In this document: positions 23,109 to 34,525 of the stretch, in pieces
How positions within the stretch are numbered: the stretch's first letter is position 1
Layout of the letters: each line of letters begins with the position of its first letter
Notes under the pieces: generated by a model
What the model was told of the DNA's origin: nothing
The model's database searches: none
The model's input: the letters and a program-made list of their open reading frames with translations, nothing else
Program-made: the position numbers and the translations under genes
Assembly (NCBI GenBank): GCA_030390025.1
Contig: CM059432.1
Coordinates: forward strand, 77,378,001-77,442,000
Length of the DNA: 64,000 nucleotides
Origin: Squalus acanthias
Lineage: Eukaryota
Direction of reading: 5' to 3'

Positions 23109-25519
23109 CAGTGCAGCTTCTTGAGTCGTCCAGCTCCTTCTACTTGGCCTGCTTGTGCTTGCGGAGGCAGCTGCACAGCCAGCAATGCTGAGAATGTGGT
23201 TCTGCAGCATCAATAAACCACCCCTTTAAGAACTGGAAAGAGCCTGTGGCAATGATGACTTGTGATTAGACTGTACCTGATATTGGTCAGCACTTTGAGT
23301 TTAATGCCACTGAGCTAGGCCGTTAGCGCTTGATTTAGCGCTCCCATCCTTTCTTTGTGCAAAGAGACTTAATTTTGCATGAAGCCTGAATCATTAGCAC
23401 CCAGCGTTCTCAAACTTTTCTAAAGTTAGCGCCCATTCCTGGGCTATAATGAATTTCTCCCCCATAATTTTAGAAAAATAAAGCCTTTGATCTAGCTTGG
23501 ACGGAATTTAAATTTACGTACAGTACCAGAGGCCAGTAAATATTTCCCCTTTTTTTTCCAATTGTAGAGATTCTACAGTACATACAAGTAACACTTCAAC
23601 ACCCAGTCATGTGAATTATCAATCTGAACAGAGTTTAGAATCAGATCTTCATAGTTCCACAAAAATAGAGCTCTCGTATTCAAAACTACTTCACAGGAAG
23701 ATTACTGCTGCCAAAAGTTATTGGCTATGGTAGTTTTAATAACAGCAATGTCAATTTAGAAGTATTCGTTGCATTGTAGACACGTTTCTTAAATCATAGA
23801 TTGCTTAGAAATCATGCAATACTTCAGGCATGGCCTGAATATTATTTGGAATGATTTGCAATAAGAAAAAGAATCACAAGTCAGGATTGTCTGTAATCAC
23901 TTTGACAATTACGTTCAGAAGTGCCGCAACACTTACAACAGTCAGCATTCAAATTATACTAGCCCTGGTCCTGGTACCGCTGGGTCCTGGTCGGTGGGTC
24001 TCGTGCAGCCAGTGACCACCCCAATGTAAGTTTGTCAGATTTCCTAAGTATGGGGAGTGAGAAGACCCAACAAAAATGGGTCTTCACGGTGGCCATATTT
24101 AGGAAATCCATCAAATTTACATTGGGTTACTGCCAGCTGTGTTGGGAACCAGCTGCACTAACACCACTCTAAAGCCAGTAAAAAAAGGAAATAATAACTG
24201 GGGAACTTTCAAGAGTTCTACCTCTTATTTACTAGTTTACATACGTCTTAAATGATTTGGCAAAATATCACAGAGTAATAGGCCTCACAACAAAATACAA
24301 ACAGGTAATAAATAATCTGTTTTACTGGTCAGATTCCAGTTGTACCACATGCATTAATACTGTCTCAACACTACCACACATGGACACATTCAGGCCTTAG
24401 CTTTTAAAATGCTTGAAGAGCAGAAATTGGATAATGCAAATCAGAGTAAGCAGGTCATGGATTCTCTACAGGCTGATATGTATTATTTATTCCACAAGTT
24501 GGCCAGATTCTGGAAAATGGCTGTTTGTCCCAGTGGATGAGTCACAAGGGTTCAGAATGAGTGAAATAAGTTGTTGGCAGGTCTGAGCATATGCCCACAG
24601 CACTGAACTATCTCCAGTGAATTTAAACTAATAAAGCAAACTGAGCGCCATTTCTTGCTTTCAAGTATGTAGCATGCACTAAATTTTCCTGAAACCATAA
24701 TTAAAATGGGATTCACTGTATAAACATAAATGTTAAACTTTTTTTTTATAAAGTCATAATTTCCTTCATAAAATATTGAAACTCCTGGGAGAGTGGTTGC
24801 TATAAACCTGGCAGTGAAGTGAATGGATTAGTTGGCTGCTGTTATTTAGTTTGCAGGGACATCTGAAGCCTCATAACGGCTAAATTCCGTTCCCTCCATC
24901 CACAGTGACGGTTCTAAAATGTGCTCCCAAAGCATGAACTAAGTGGTCTATTGGCATATGGTGAAGCCTCCATTTGAGAGCCAAAAGCTGGATGCCTGTT
25001 TTAAAACAGCTGCTGTGGAATTCTGCACCGTACAGCTGATTCCCTGTAACAGCTGGGAGTCCTCTGTAATCCATACAGAAAACACAAAGCCTGCTGGGAA
25101 CAAATATTCATGAAGGCAAAAATATTGGCAAGATTGAAAAATAAGCTAATCAATAATTTAAACTATTAATAACCATTTTGTCATTGAGGACCTGAGTGTC
25201 AATTCTTATTTAAATCAAATTGAGCAAAAATGCATAAATTTGGCTTCTTTTTAAAGAGATATAAAGTGAATTATGGGGATTAAGGATTTTAATTTATTTT
25301 CATTATTTCCACTCTTTCCCACTTATTTACACTACCATCCTGCAACTAGTTTGGTGAGTTGGGGAGTGAGCCAAACTCCTCCACAACATCCAGTACCAAT
25401 ATTGTTTGACTGGCTTGCCAGTATAATACGTGTTCCAATGAATATGACTTACAGGGCATGATTATTATATTCTAGATCATGTTACTAGTTCTAACGTTGC
25501 ACTGTATTTTAGCCTGTAT

Positions 25520-27560
25520 TACATAGAATTGCAGAGAATGTAAAGCACAGAAACAGGCCATTCAGCCCAACTGGTCCATGCTCCACACGAGCCTCCTCCC
25601 ACCCCTCTTCGTCTATCAGCATAACCTGCTATTCTTTCTCCCTCATGTGTTTATCTAGCATCCCCTTCAATGTATCTATGCTAGTCACCTCAATTACTCC
25701 TTGTGGTAGTGAGTTCCACATTCTAACCACTCTCTGGGTAAAGATGTTTCTTCTGAATTCCCTATTGGATTTATTAGTGACTAAGTGGAAATATCTTCTT
25801 TATGTCTACACTATAAAATATTTCAGAATCTTAAAGACCTCTATCAGGTCACCTCTCAGCCTTTCTCTTTTCTAGAGGAAAGATCCCCAGCCTATTCAAT
25901 CTTTCCTGAAAGGTATAACCTCTCAGTTTTAGTACCTATCCTTAACCCCTACTCTTGATTTTCTGTTTTGTAATCCATTCTGCTACTTGTCCCCTGACTC
26001 CACATGCTCTGATCTTAGTCATGAGTCTACTATGTAGTACCTTATCAAAGGCCTTTTGAAAATCCAAATATATTACACCTACTACATTACCTGTGTCTAC
26101 TCTCTCTGTTACCTCTTTAAAGAATTCAATGAGGTTGGTCAAGCATGACCTTCCTTTTTGAAATCCATGCTGACTACTCTTCATTATATTTTTGGTTGCT
26201 AGAGAGGCTAAATTGGGACGTGTAGCACTCGTTTTTTAGGCACTACACGGCCACATAAGGATCGAAAAAGGGGTTTGAGATGCACGCACATACTTCTGAC
26301 GGGAAATGCTCAGGACACCATCTTGCTAAAGAGGACCAATGCATGAGACATCTTCGCTTCACAAAAGAGATCGTGACTGAAATCTGCCAATTGCTGCAGC
26401 CACAACTGCAACCTCAAAGTAGAGCAAGGACAGCATTGCCTGTGGGTGTCAAGGTGACCGTGGCTCTTAACTTTTATATGTCTGGCTCCTTCCAGGCTGC
26501 TGCTGGATATATAAGCAACATCTCGCAGTTTGCAGTGCGCTGCTGCATAAGGGCGGTCACTGAGGCTCTCTATACACAGAGAAACACTTTCATCTCATTC
26601 CCTCTTGCCAGAGACAAGCAGGTGGAGCAAGCACAAGGTTTTGCATGGATTGCAGGCTTCCCCATGGTGTAAGATTGTCTGTATGCCCATTGCCTTGCAA
26701 GCGCCTCATATGCACTTGGCCATTTTCATGAACCGAAATGGAATTCACTCCCTCAATATGCAGCTGGTGTGCGACCACAGGCAATGCATCATGCTGGTGA
26801 ATGCCCATTATCCTGGCAGCAGTCACGATTCCTTCATTCTGCGGAAGTCCTCCGTGCCACCTGTGCCATCTAGGGGGTTATCCAATTTAGCCCCCTAAAT
26901 GTTTTTCTATTACATCTTTGAGTAAAGATTTGGTTATCTTTCCTACTACCAACTTTAAGGAATAAAATATAGGAATCACATTAGCTGTCCCCCAGTCCTC
27001 AGGCACTAATGATTTTTTATACATAGATAATAGTGCCTCTGCTATCTCTTCTCTAACTTCTTTTAAAATGTGTGGATGCAATCCATCTGGACCAGGGGCT
27101 TTATCCTCTCTAAGTTTGATTAGTTTATCAATTATCTCTCCCTTTCTTTCTTAAATGACTTTATATCTTTTTTGATCACATTGTCTAATGTCATGTCCAA
27201 CTTGTTAGTCTCCTTGGTAAATATTGAGGCAAAATGATTTCAATATTTCTGCAATTTCACTGTCATTCCCTGTGAGTTTATCTTGTGCATCCCTTAATGG
27301 CCCTATCCCTATCCTGATTTTCCTTTTGTTATTTATGTGTCTGTAGAATAGTTTCCTTTTCCTTTTATATTCCTTGATAATTTAATTTCGTAGTTCCTCT
27401 TTGTTTCCCTAATTGTTTTTGTGACTTCTTTCCTAACCTCTCCATATTCCCTTTTGTCATCCTCTCCTTGATTATCTATGTATTTAGTGTATACCTTGTT
27501 CTATAGTTTCAATTTTACCCTCATTTCTTTATTCATCCATAGTGTTTCATTATTGGTTAG
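25520..27560 (-). mobile_element. CR1 LINE remnant with internal deletions, interrupted by a mini-Harbinger
   Basis: QHGFQKGRSCLTNLIEFF, DFQKAFDKV, MHPHILKEVREEIAE; 3' UTR near 25520. Confidence 0.88.
26203..26895 (+). mobile_element. 693-bp internally deleted Harbinger (TIR, transposase middle, TIR)
   Basis: AGAGGCTAAATTGG / CCAATTTAGCCCCC ends; flanks TAG/TAA; ORF 26280-26672 VKVTVALNFYMSGSFQ. Confidence 0.85.
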
Positions 27561-27856
27561 GTATTTTGTATTTTGTGTGCACTAATCTACACGTGCTATA
27601 TCAACATTCTGCAGTTGGTCATTTTGCGAGGTGACATTATGAATTTTTTAAATGGAGAAAATTAGGTAAAGAGCTAAAGGCTCAGGCAGGTCAGCACCAA
27701 GATTAGGACAGAAAGTAAGGTAAATCAAGAAGTGGTTAGCTGATGCCAGGCTTAGGTTTTGAAAGCTTGTAGAGAAAGGCTTTCTAACACCAGTAGTATT
27801 TCATATACTAGGAGGAAAGTAAGCACTTTTTTAGTTTTGTAGTGCTGAGAGAGAAT

Positions 27857-28145
27857 GGGCTGGGGGGTGTGGGGGGAGGGGGGAAGCTGGATCGAGGTCG
27901 GGAAACCTGGAAGAATGGGTTTGAATGGGTCGCGCAGCCCGTTAAAATTAGGGGGAACATTGCCGGCCGGCCAGAGTTAAACTTGAAATCGCAGCCTCAT
28001 TATAATATTTAAATTGCCAACCCGCCTCATGGGAGCGGGTTGGTTGCCTACCCCCTGTCCCGCTTCCATTAAAACCAGAAGTTGGTGGGTTAAATGCGGG
28101 TTAGGGTCGGGGTTCAATTTGTTTGAGTTTTATTGACCTTACCCA
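27857..28145. mobile_element. GC-rich Harbinger/MITE relic resembling 480-741 and 51663-51900
   Basis: Shared motifs TTTAAATTGC..CCCGCCTC..GAGCGGG and GGAAACC; termini unclear. Confidence 0.45.
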
Positions 28146-28261
28146 GTTTGTGATTATAGTAGAGCACTAACACAGTCAAGTCCAAGGATAAATATGATCT
28201 GTGTAGATAATAATATCAAGGTTTAAACTTAATTTAAATAATAGGATGAAAGAATAAACAA

Positions 28262-28450
28262 AGAACTTACATTTATATAGCACCTCTCGTCCTCAGGCAA
28301 TCCCAAAGTGCTTCACAGTCAATTAATTGCCTTTGAAGTTTAGTTAGTATTATAATGTATGGCAGCTAATTTGCACTCAGCAAGGTCCCAACAACAAATG
28401 AGATAGATGGTCTGTTTTAGCGATGTTGGTTGAATAATAAATATTAGTCA
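28262..28450 (-). mobile_element. Degenerate SINE 3' half (same family as 4648-5095)
   Basis: ACTTACATTTATATAGCACC...CCCAAAGTGCTTCACAG similar to 29360-29560. Confidence 0.7.
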
Positions 28451-31175
28451 GGATAGCAAAGAATTCTAGGCAGTAGTATAATACGGTTTAAGATAATAAT
28501 TGAGAAGGACGTAAGCATGACAAAGACCAGGGTAATAAATTGGAGAAAAGTTGATTTTGAGGGGCTGAGAATAGAACTTGGGAAAATAAAATGGACAACA
28601 ATGTTGACAAACAATGATGTAGAACAGCAATGGGAAACATTTAAAACGGTGTTCAACAGAGTCCAGGAAAAATACATTCCACTAAAGAACAAGAACAAAC
28701 TAAACACTAATGAGACACCATGGATGAATAAAGACATAAGGGAAAAATTGAGGGTAAGGAAAGAGGCGTACATTAAGTACATGACAGCATGGGAGAGCAT
28801 GACAAGGGAGAATATGATGAGATTAGGAGAGAAGTCAAAAAAACAATTAGGAAAGTAAAGAGGAGCGATAGAATTAAATTATCAAGGAACATAAAACAAA
28901 ATAGTAAAAAAAGGAAAGTCAGAATGAAAAGGGTCACTAAGGGATGGACAGGATAAAATCACAAGCAGCGATAGCGAAATGGCAGAAATATTAAATAATT
29001 ACTTTGCTTCAATATTTACCAGGGAGATGAATTAGGTGGACATGCCATCAGAAGATGGGACAAGATATGAGATAACCGCATTTAAAATAAAAAAAGGAGA
29101 AATATTAAATAAACTAATCAAATTCAAAGAGGATAAACCCCTGGTCCGGACGGATTGCATTCACGCATTCTTAAAGAATCTAGGGAAGAGATAGCAGAGG
29201 CACTATTACACATATTTAATAATTCATTAGAAAAAGGTGTAATTCCAGAGGACTGGCGGATAGCTAATTATATAACATTATGCGTATATTTAAGAAGGGA
29301 GATAGAATATGTCCAGGGAACTATAGACCAGTCAGCTTAACATCGGTGGTAGAAAGAAAGACTTACATTTATATAACGCCTTTCACGACCACCAGACATC
29401 TCAAAGCACTTTACAGCCAATTAAGTACTTTTATAGTGTAGTCACTGTTGTAATGTGGGAAACGCGGCAGCCAATTTACGCACAGCAAGCTCCCACAAAC
29501 AGCAATGTGATAATGACCAGATAAACTGTTTTTGTTATGTTGATTGAGGGATAAATATTGGCCAGGACACCGGGGATAACTCCCCTGCTCTTCTTCGAAA
29601 TAGTGCCATGGGATTTTTTATGTCCACCTGAGAGAGCAGATGGGGCCTGAAAGATGGCACCTCCGACAGTGCAGCACTCCCTCAGCACTGCACTGGAGTG
29701 TCAGCCTAGATTTATGTGCTCAAGTCCCTGGAGTGGGACTTGAACCCACAACCTTCTGACTCAGGGGTGAGTGTGCTACTCACTGAGCCACAGCTGACAT
29801 TAGCCACAGTAGGAAAGATAATGGAATCCCTACTAAAGGAGAAAATAGAACAACATCTAGAAACCAAAAATATAAGAATGAATATTCAGCATGGTTTTCA
29901 AAAGGGAAAGTCTTGCTTTACAACCTCACTGAATTCTTTGAAGAGGTAACAGAGAGAGTAGACAAGGGTAATGCGGTAGATGTAATATATCTAGATTTCC
30001 AAAAGGCCTTCAATAAGGTACCACATAATAGACTAATGAATAAGGTCAGAGCATGCGGAGTCAGCGGACAAGTAGCAGAATGGATAGCTAGCTGGCTGCA
30101 AGACAGAAAGCAGAGAATGGGGTAAAGGGTAGCTATTCAGAGTGGCAGAAGGTAGGAAGCGGGGTCCCACAAGGATCAGTGTTGGAACCACTGTTGTTCA
30201 CAATTTGTATTAACAATTTTGACCTTGGAATCAAAAACTCAATTTCTAAATTTGCAGAACAACACCAAATTGGGGGGTGGGGGGGGGGGGGGGGGGTGGA
30301 GTGAATACTGAGGACGACTGCAACAAATTACAAGAAGACATTAATAAACTTGCAGAATGGGCATATAATTGGCAAATGAATTTCAACATAGATAAGTGTG
30401 AGGTATTACATTTTGGTAAGAAAAATAAGGAGGTCACATATTACTTGGAAAAAAAGAAGACCAAAGGGATCTCAGAGTACAAATACACAAATCACTAAAA
30501 GTAGCAACGCAGGTTAATAAGGCCATAAAAAAAAAGCAAACCAAGCACTAGGATTTATTTCTAGAGAGATAGAATTGAAAAGTAGAGAAGTTACACTGAA
30601 CATGTATCGAACCTTAGTTAGACCACATTTGGACTACTGTGTACAGTTCTGGTCGCCATATTATAAAAAGGATATAGAGGTACTGGGGAGGGTACAAAAA
30701 TGATTTACAAGGATGATACCAGAATTGTGAGGTTATACCTATCAGGAAAAGATGAATAGGCTGGATCTCTTTTCTTTTGAAAAGAGGAGGCTGAGGGGTG
30801 ACCTAATAGAGGTCTTTAAAATTATGAAAGGTTTTGATAAAGTAGACACAGAGAGAGTGTTTTCACTTCTGGGGAAGAGCAAAACTAGAGACTATCAATA
30901 TAAGATAATCACCAAGAAATCAAATAGGGAATTCAGAAGAAACTTCTCTACCCAGAGAGTGTTGAGAATGTATAATTCGCTACCACAGGGAGTAGTTGAG
31001 GCGAATAGTATAGATGCATTTAAGGGGAAGCTAGATAAGCATATGAGGGAGAAGGGAATAGAGGCTGATAGAGTTAGATGAGGAAGGATGGGAGGAGCCT
31101 CGAGTGGAGCATAAACGCGAGCATGGATTGCTTGTTTCTGTGCTGCATACACTATATAATTTAATGTAATTCTGT
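28450..31175 (+). mobile_element. CR1 LINE ORF2 remnant with a SINE inserted
   Basis: PWMNKDI, PEDWRIAN, DFQKAFNKVPH, RRLRGDLIEVFK; degenerate 8-nt tail. Confidence 0.92.
29352..29799 (-). mobile_element. tRNA/Deu-domain SINE (SacSINE1-like), near full length
   Basis: Reverse complement of the 4648-5095 family; B-box GGTTCAAGTCC. Confidence 0.88.
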
Positions 31176-31199
31176 GTAATTCATGGGATCTTAAATACA

Positions 31200-31332
31200 C
31201 CTGGGTGGGCTACGTCTGGGTTTAATGTTTCATCGGAAAGACAGCACCTCTGACTGTGCAACACTCTTTTCATACTGCACTGAAGTATAAGTATCTACTC
31301 AAATCAGTGGAGTGGGGATTGAACCCACAAAC
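31200..31332 (-). mobile_element. Degenerate SINE 5' fragment
   Basis: GAAAGACAGCACCTCTGACTGTGCA...GGATTGAACCCACAA. Confidence 0.6.
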
Positions 31333-31337
31333 ATTTG

Positions 31338-31627
31338 AAACATAGGACCATAGGAACAGAAGTAGGCCATTAAGCCCCTCACGCCTGCCCCACCATTTAA
31401 TTAGATCATGGCCATCAGCTGTATATCAGTTCCATTTACCCACCTTAGCTCCCTATCCCTTGATAACCTTACCTAACAAAATTCTATCGATCTCAGTCTT
31501 GAAAGCTCCAATTGTCCTAGCATCCACAGCCTTTTGGGGGAGAGAATTCCAGATTCTAACTGCCCTTTGTGTGAAAACTGCTTGCTAATTTCCATCCTAA
31601 ATGGCCTGGCTCTAATTTTAAGATTCA
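31338..31627 (-). mobile_element. CR1 3' end; continues at ~42830-42960 beyond Harbinger F
   Basis: CR1 3' UTR motifs; RRLRDDLIEVYKML continuation in ORF 42849-43064. Confidence 0.75.
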
Positions 31628-33032
31628 GGCCTAGAAATTCGAGTGCGACACAAAAGTTACCAATGTCGCAGCAGGTTAACCGCCGCAGAAAATGGTGGTG
31701 TCGGTAGGAGTGAAAAATTCGCGCTGGGGACTAAAGATTATTAGCCCAGCACTAAACTGACCATGTAACGCCCTCCTGGTGGCATTAGTACTGGCATCAG
31801 TCCTGAATGCGACTTCCAGAAGCGGCATCGCATCTTCCAACAGCCTCTGGAAGCAAGGCTATGATTTTGCTAGGCATTGTGGGATATTAAAAGGGCAATG
31901 CATTGTCATTTGCTTAAAAGGGCAATGCCTTCTGAACTGATAAAAAAAATGCAGTTTTCAGCCTTACGCTCAACTGCCTTTTAAAAAAAATTAACATTTG
32001 AAATTTTTTTGCAAATGGGAGTCTTTAGCTCTTAAAGCTGAATTGTCTTCCACACCTCAAAAAATGGGAAAAGTGCTTCAGCACTAACACAGATGGCTTA
32101 ACAAGCCAGGCAAGGGGCACCCAGGATCTCACACGCAGAACTCCAGTTTTGTGCAGGGGGTCAACACTGCAAGAGGGGTCCTCTACCCACAGGGGCCAGG
32201 AGGCCCTCCAGAAAGAACAATGTGGGACCAGATCACCGCAGCCGTCACTGCCAGCAGTGTCACCCCCACCACATGGCTCCAGTACCCAAAGAAGCTTCTT
32301 GACCTCAGACCAGTGGTCAAGGTCAGTCAATGCATCTTCAAAAGCCATCTCCTACCAACTGCATCACTAACCTCATACACTTTTCAATGCACAACCCCCA
32401 CCCCCAATCACTCACCTACCAACAATCTGTACCAAACATGAGGCACACCTCCCATTCCTAGCTTCACCTCATCCCCTTGGAGGAGACAGTGCTGACCATT
32501 CTTGGCAGGGGCATGGCTGAAAGTATACAAGAAATGCAGCCTGCCCAGCCAGTGGTTAACCAAGAAGAGGGATAGGAGAGAGAAGAAGAAGAAGAAGAAG
32601 AAGAAGAAATAAATAACAACACCGTCACTCGATGTCACACTCCCAGTCACCAGCTCTTCAAGGTCAACCACAAGGCCATTTGCAGTGTCCCCACTGAAAG
32701 TCAGTAACCTTCCACTAGCCATGCTGCAGCCACTGGGGTAGCACTGCATGACATCAGTATGATAGGCAAAGGCACACACAAGACAGTCACTGATGGAATG
32801 CATAAGGGTGATGAGTTGATTTCTTGATGTCATATTGGATGTATAAAGTTGGATTGGAAAGTTTGCTTTGTGGTGGCTTTTATTTCAGCACTGTGGCCAA
32901 GAGGACAGTAACAGAGAGAAGGTAAGGAGTGGGACTAATGTTGAAAGGGAAATTGGGGTTGTGGTCACTGGTACCGCAGGCGGATGATTCCATCCTGGAT
33001 ATCCCAGCCAGAAAGGGGCTGACTGGGTTCCC

Positions 33033-33792
33033 TGTAGCTTTCAAAAGCTCTGAATTAATTTGTCCATGACTACACAAACCACTCTGGGTACAGGTATATT
33101 GTGTATAAGTAAAACAGGTTTATTAAGCATTAAACATCCAGTACAAAAAAGTAATACTTAACAAGGAGATAGTCACAGTCTGCTCATCGAACCCCGGCGT
33201 TCCTTCCGATTGACTGTGGCACGGTCTCTTTAACTCTTGCTGTGTTCTGTTGACTGAAGCTTCTCATCCTCTGGTTTTGCGCTGCTTTCAGTATTCAATA
33301 GCTGTTCCTTTATACCTTTTTTTCCCTTTCAAAATACATTGCAACTTGCAGCTGCTTGGGCTATCTCACCATTCTGACCTTCACAAGTACGGTCCATGAT
33401 TCCCTCCCCTTTTCTGCTGTGAGCTTTGAGTATGGGAACTTTTACATCTTTTGCCTTTCCCATAGCCCATTATCTAGACTGGTCTGAAACTTCAGCGATA
33501 AGGGATGTTAGGTATTGAAAACCCTCTATCTTACTTTGAGGCTTACTTAATGTTTTTTCCACTGGTTTCTTGTTTTTAATATAACAGAAAATCTACACTA
33601 CCTCAGCACTATTCTTGCAGTTAACATAATGTTGGCTTAATTTTACCATCATGCTTTGGTCTCAGCTATTCACCATTTTATACAGGCTTTTTAGGTTTTT
33701 AACATACAATTTCACATATTATAGTTATTTAAAAATGGTTATAGAATCTTAATAATGTTTACTAAATCCTACAGGATACATTCTATCCTACA
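33033..33792 (-). repeat. 3' LTR (760 bp)
   Basis: Direct repeat of 39490-40248 with about 25 differences by eye; AATAAA on minus at 33119-33124. Confidence 0.96.
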
Positions 33793-33794
33793 GA

Positions 33795-33804
33795 TCCCTA
33801 CTTT
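33795..33804 (-). other. Polypurine tract candidate
   Basis: AAAGTAGGGA-TC-TGTAGG immediately upstream of the 3' LTR. Confidence 0.6.
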
Positions 33805-34143
33805 GAGGGCGAGGCATTTTGACGACCCCTCAAAACTAAAATCTTACATATGGGTTTGTTCTCCCACGTTTATGTAACTCTAAGATATTCTGGGTTGTGA
33901 TCATATTTAAACGCGATCGGGTTTTGTACATTAGGTCTTTCAGGTGGCAGGTGTAAACTAGTAAGCATATCAGTACTATGAGTTGGGTGATGACCAGTAC
34001 ATGGGAAATTATCCTAATCTAAGGAGGAATTTCCATGTTTGTCCCTATGTTGTATTATTAGTCCTAACAATTTTTGACTCCCTACCTTGTGGCATTTGTG
34101 TTTAACTGGGTAGATCTTAATCAAACTTCTGATCTTACATAGT

Positions 34144-34525
34144 TCAAAGTCTTACTACATGGGTTACATATATCAAATACACTATCATTACCAGTTGGAG
34201 AACTACCTGAGTGTGTGAAATAATACAAACCTATGGGCGTGCTGATGTATTAAGCCCAATATCCCACCAGTGTGAGTTGTCCCTTATGCTATCAATTTCA
34301 ATATCTATTCTCAAGTTGTCTTGTTCCAAAACATAAAAATGCTTTAGGGAGGAGTTCAATCACATCACGAGCTCACTGAAACCCTCAAACAACAGGGGAA
34401 TGTCGTATCCAAATTGTGCCACATAATTGTGTAGCTCATACTTAAAAATGTGTTGGTTGATGGGACAGGTCCTGTTAGACCCGTAAAGCATGGTAGTTGC
34501 AGTAGTAGTGACACAGGAGGCGAGG
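34144..34525 (-). pseudogene. env-like glycoprotein C-terminal remnant
   Basis: Manual translation in one frame: SCVTTTATTMLYGSNRTCPI...LNSSLKHFYVLEQDNLRIDIEIDSIRDNSHWWDIGLNTS...VVLQLVMIVYLIYV; 2 internal stops; Cys pair, N-X-S/T sequons, heptad-like stretch, WW, hydrophobic segment. Confidence 0.55.

Larger units (their letters stand above)
19910..23463 (-). mobile_element. Harbinger element C (transposase +, Myb -); transposase-side terminus missing
   Basis: Terminus GAATTTCTCCCCC at 23463; convergent genes. Confidence 0.9.
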
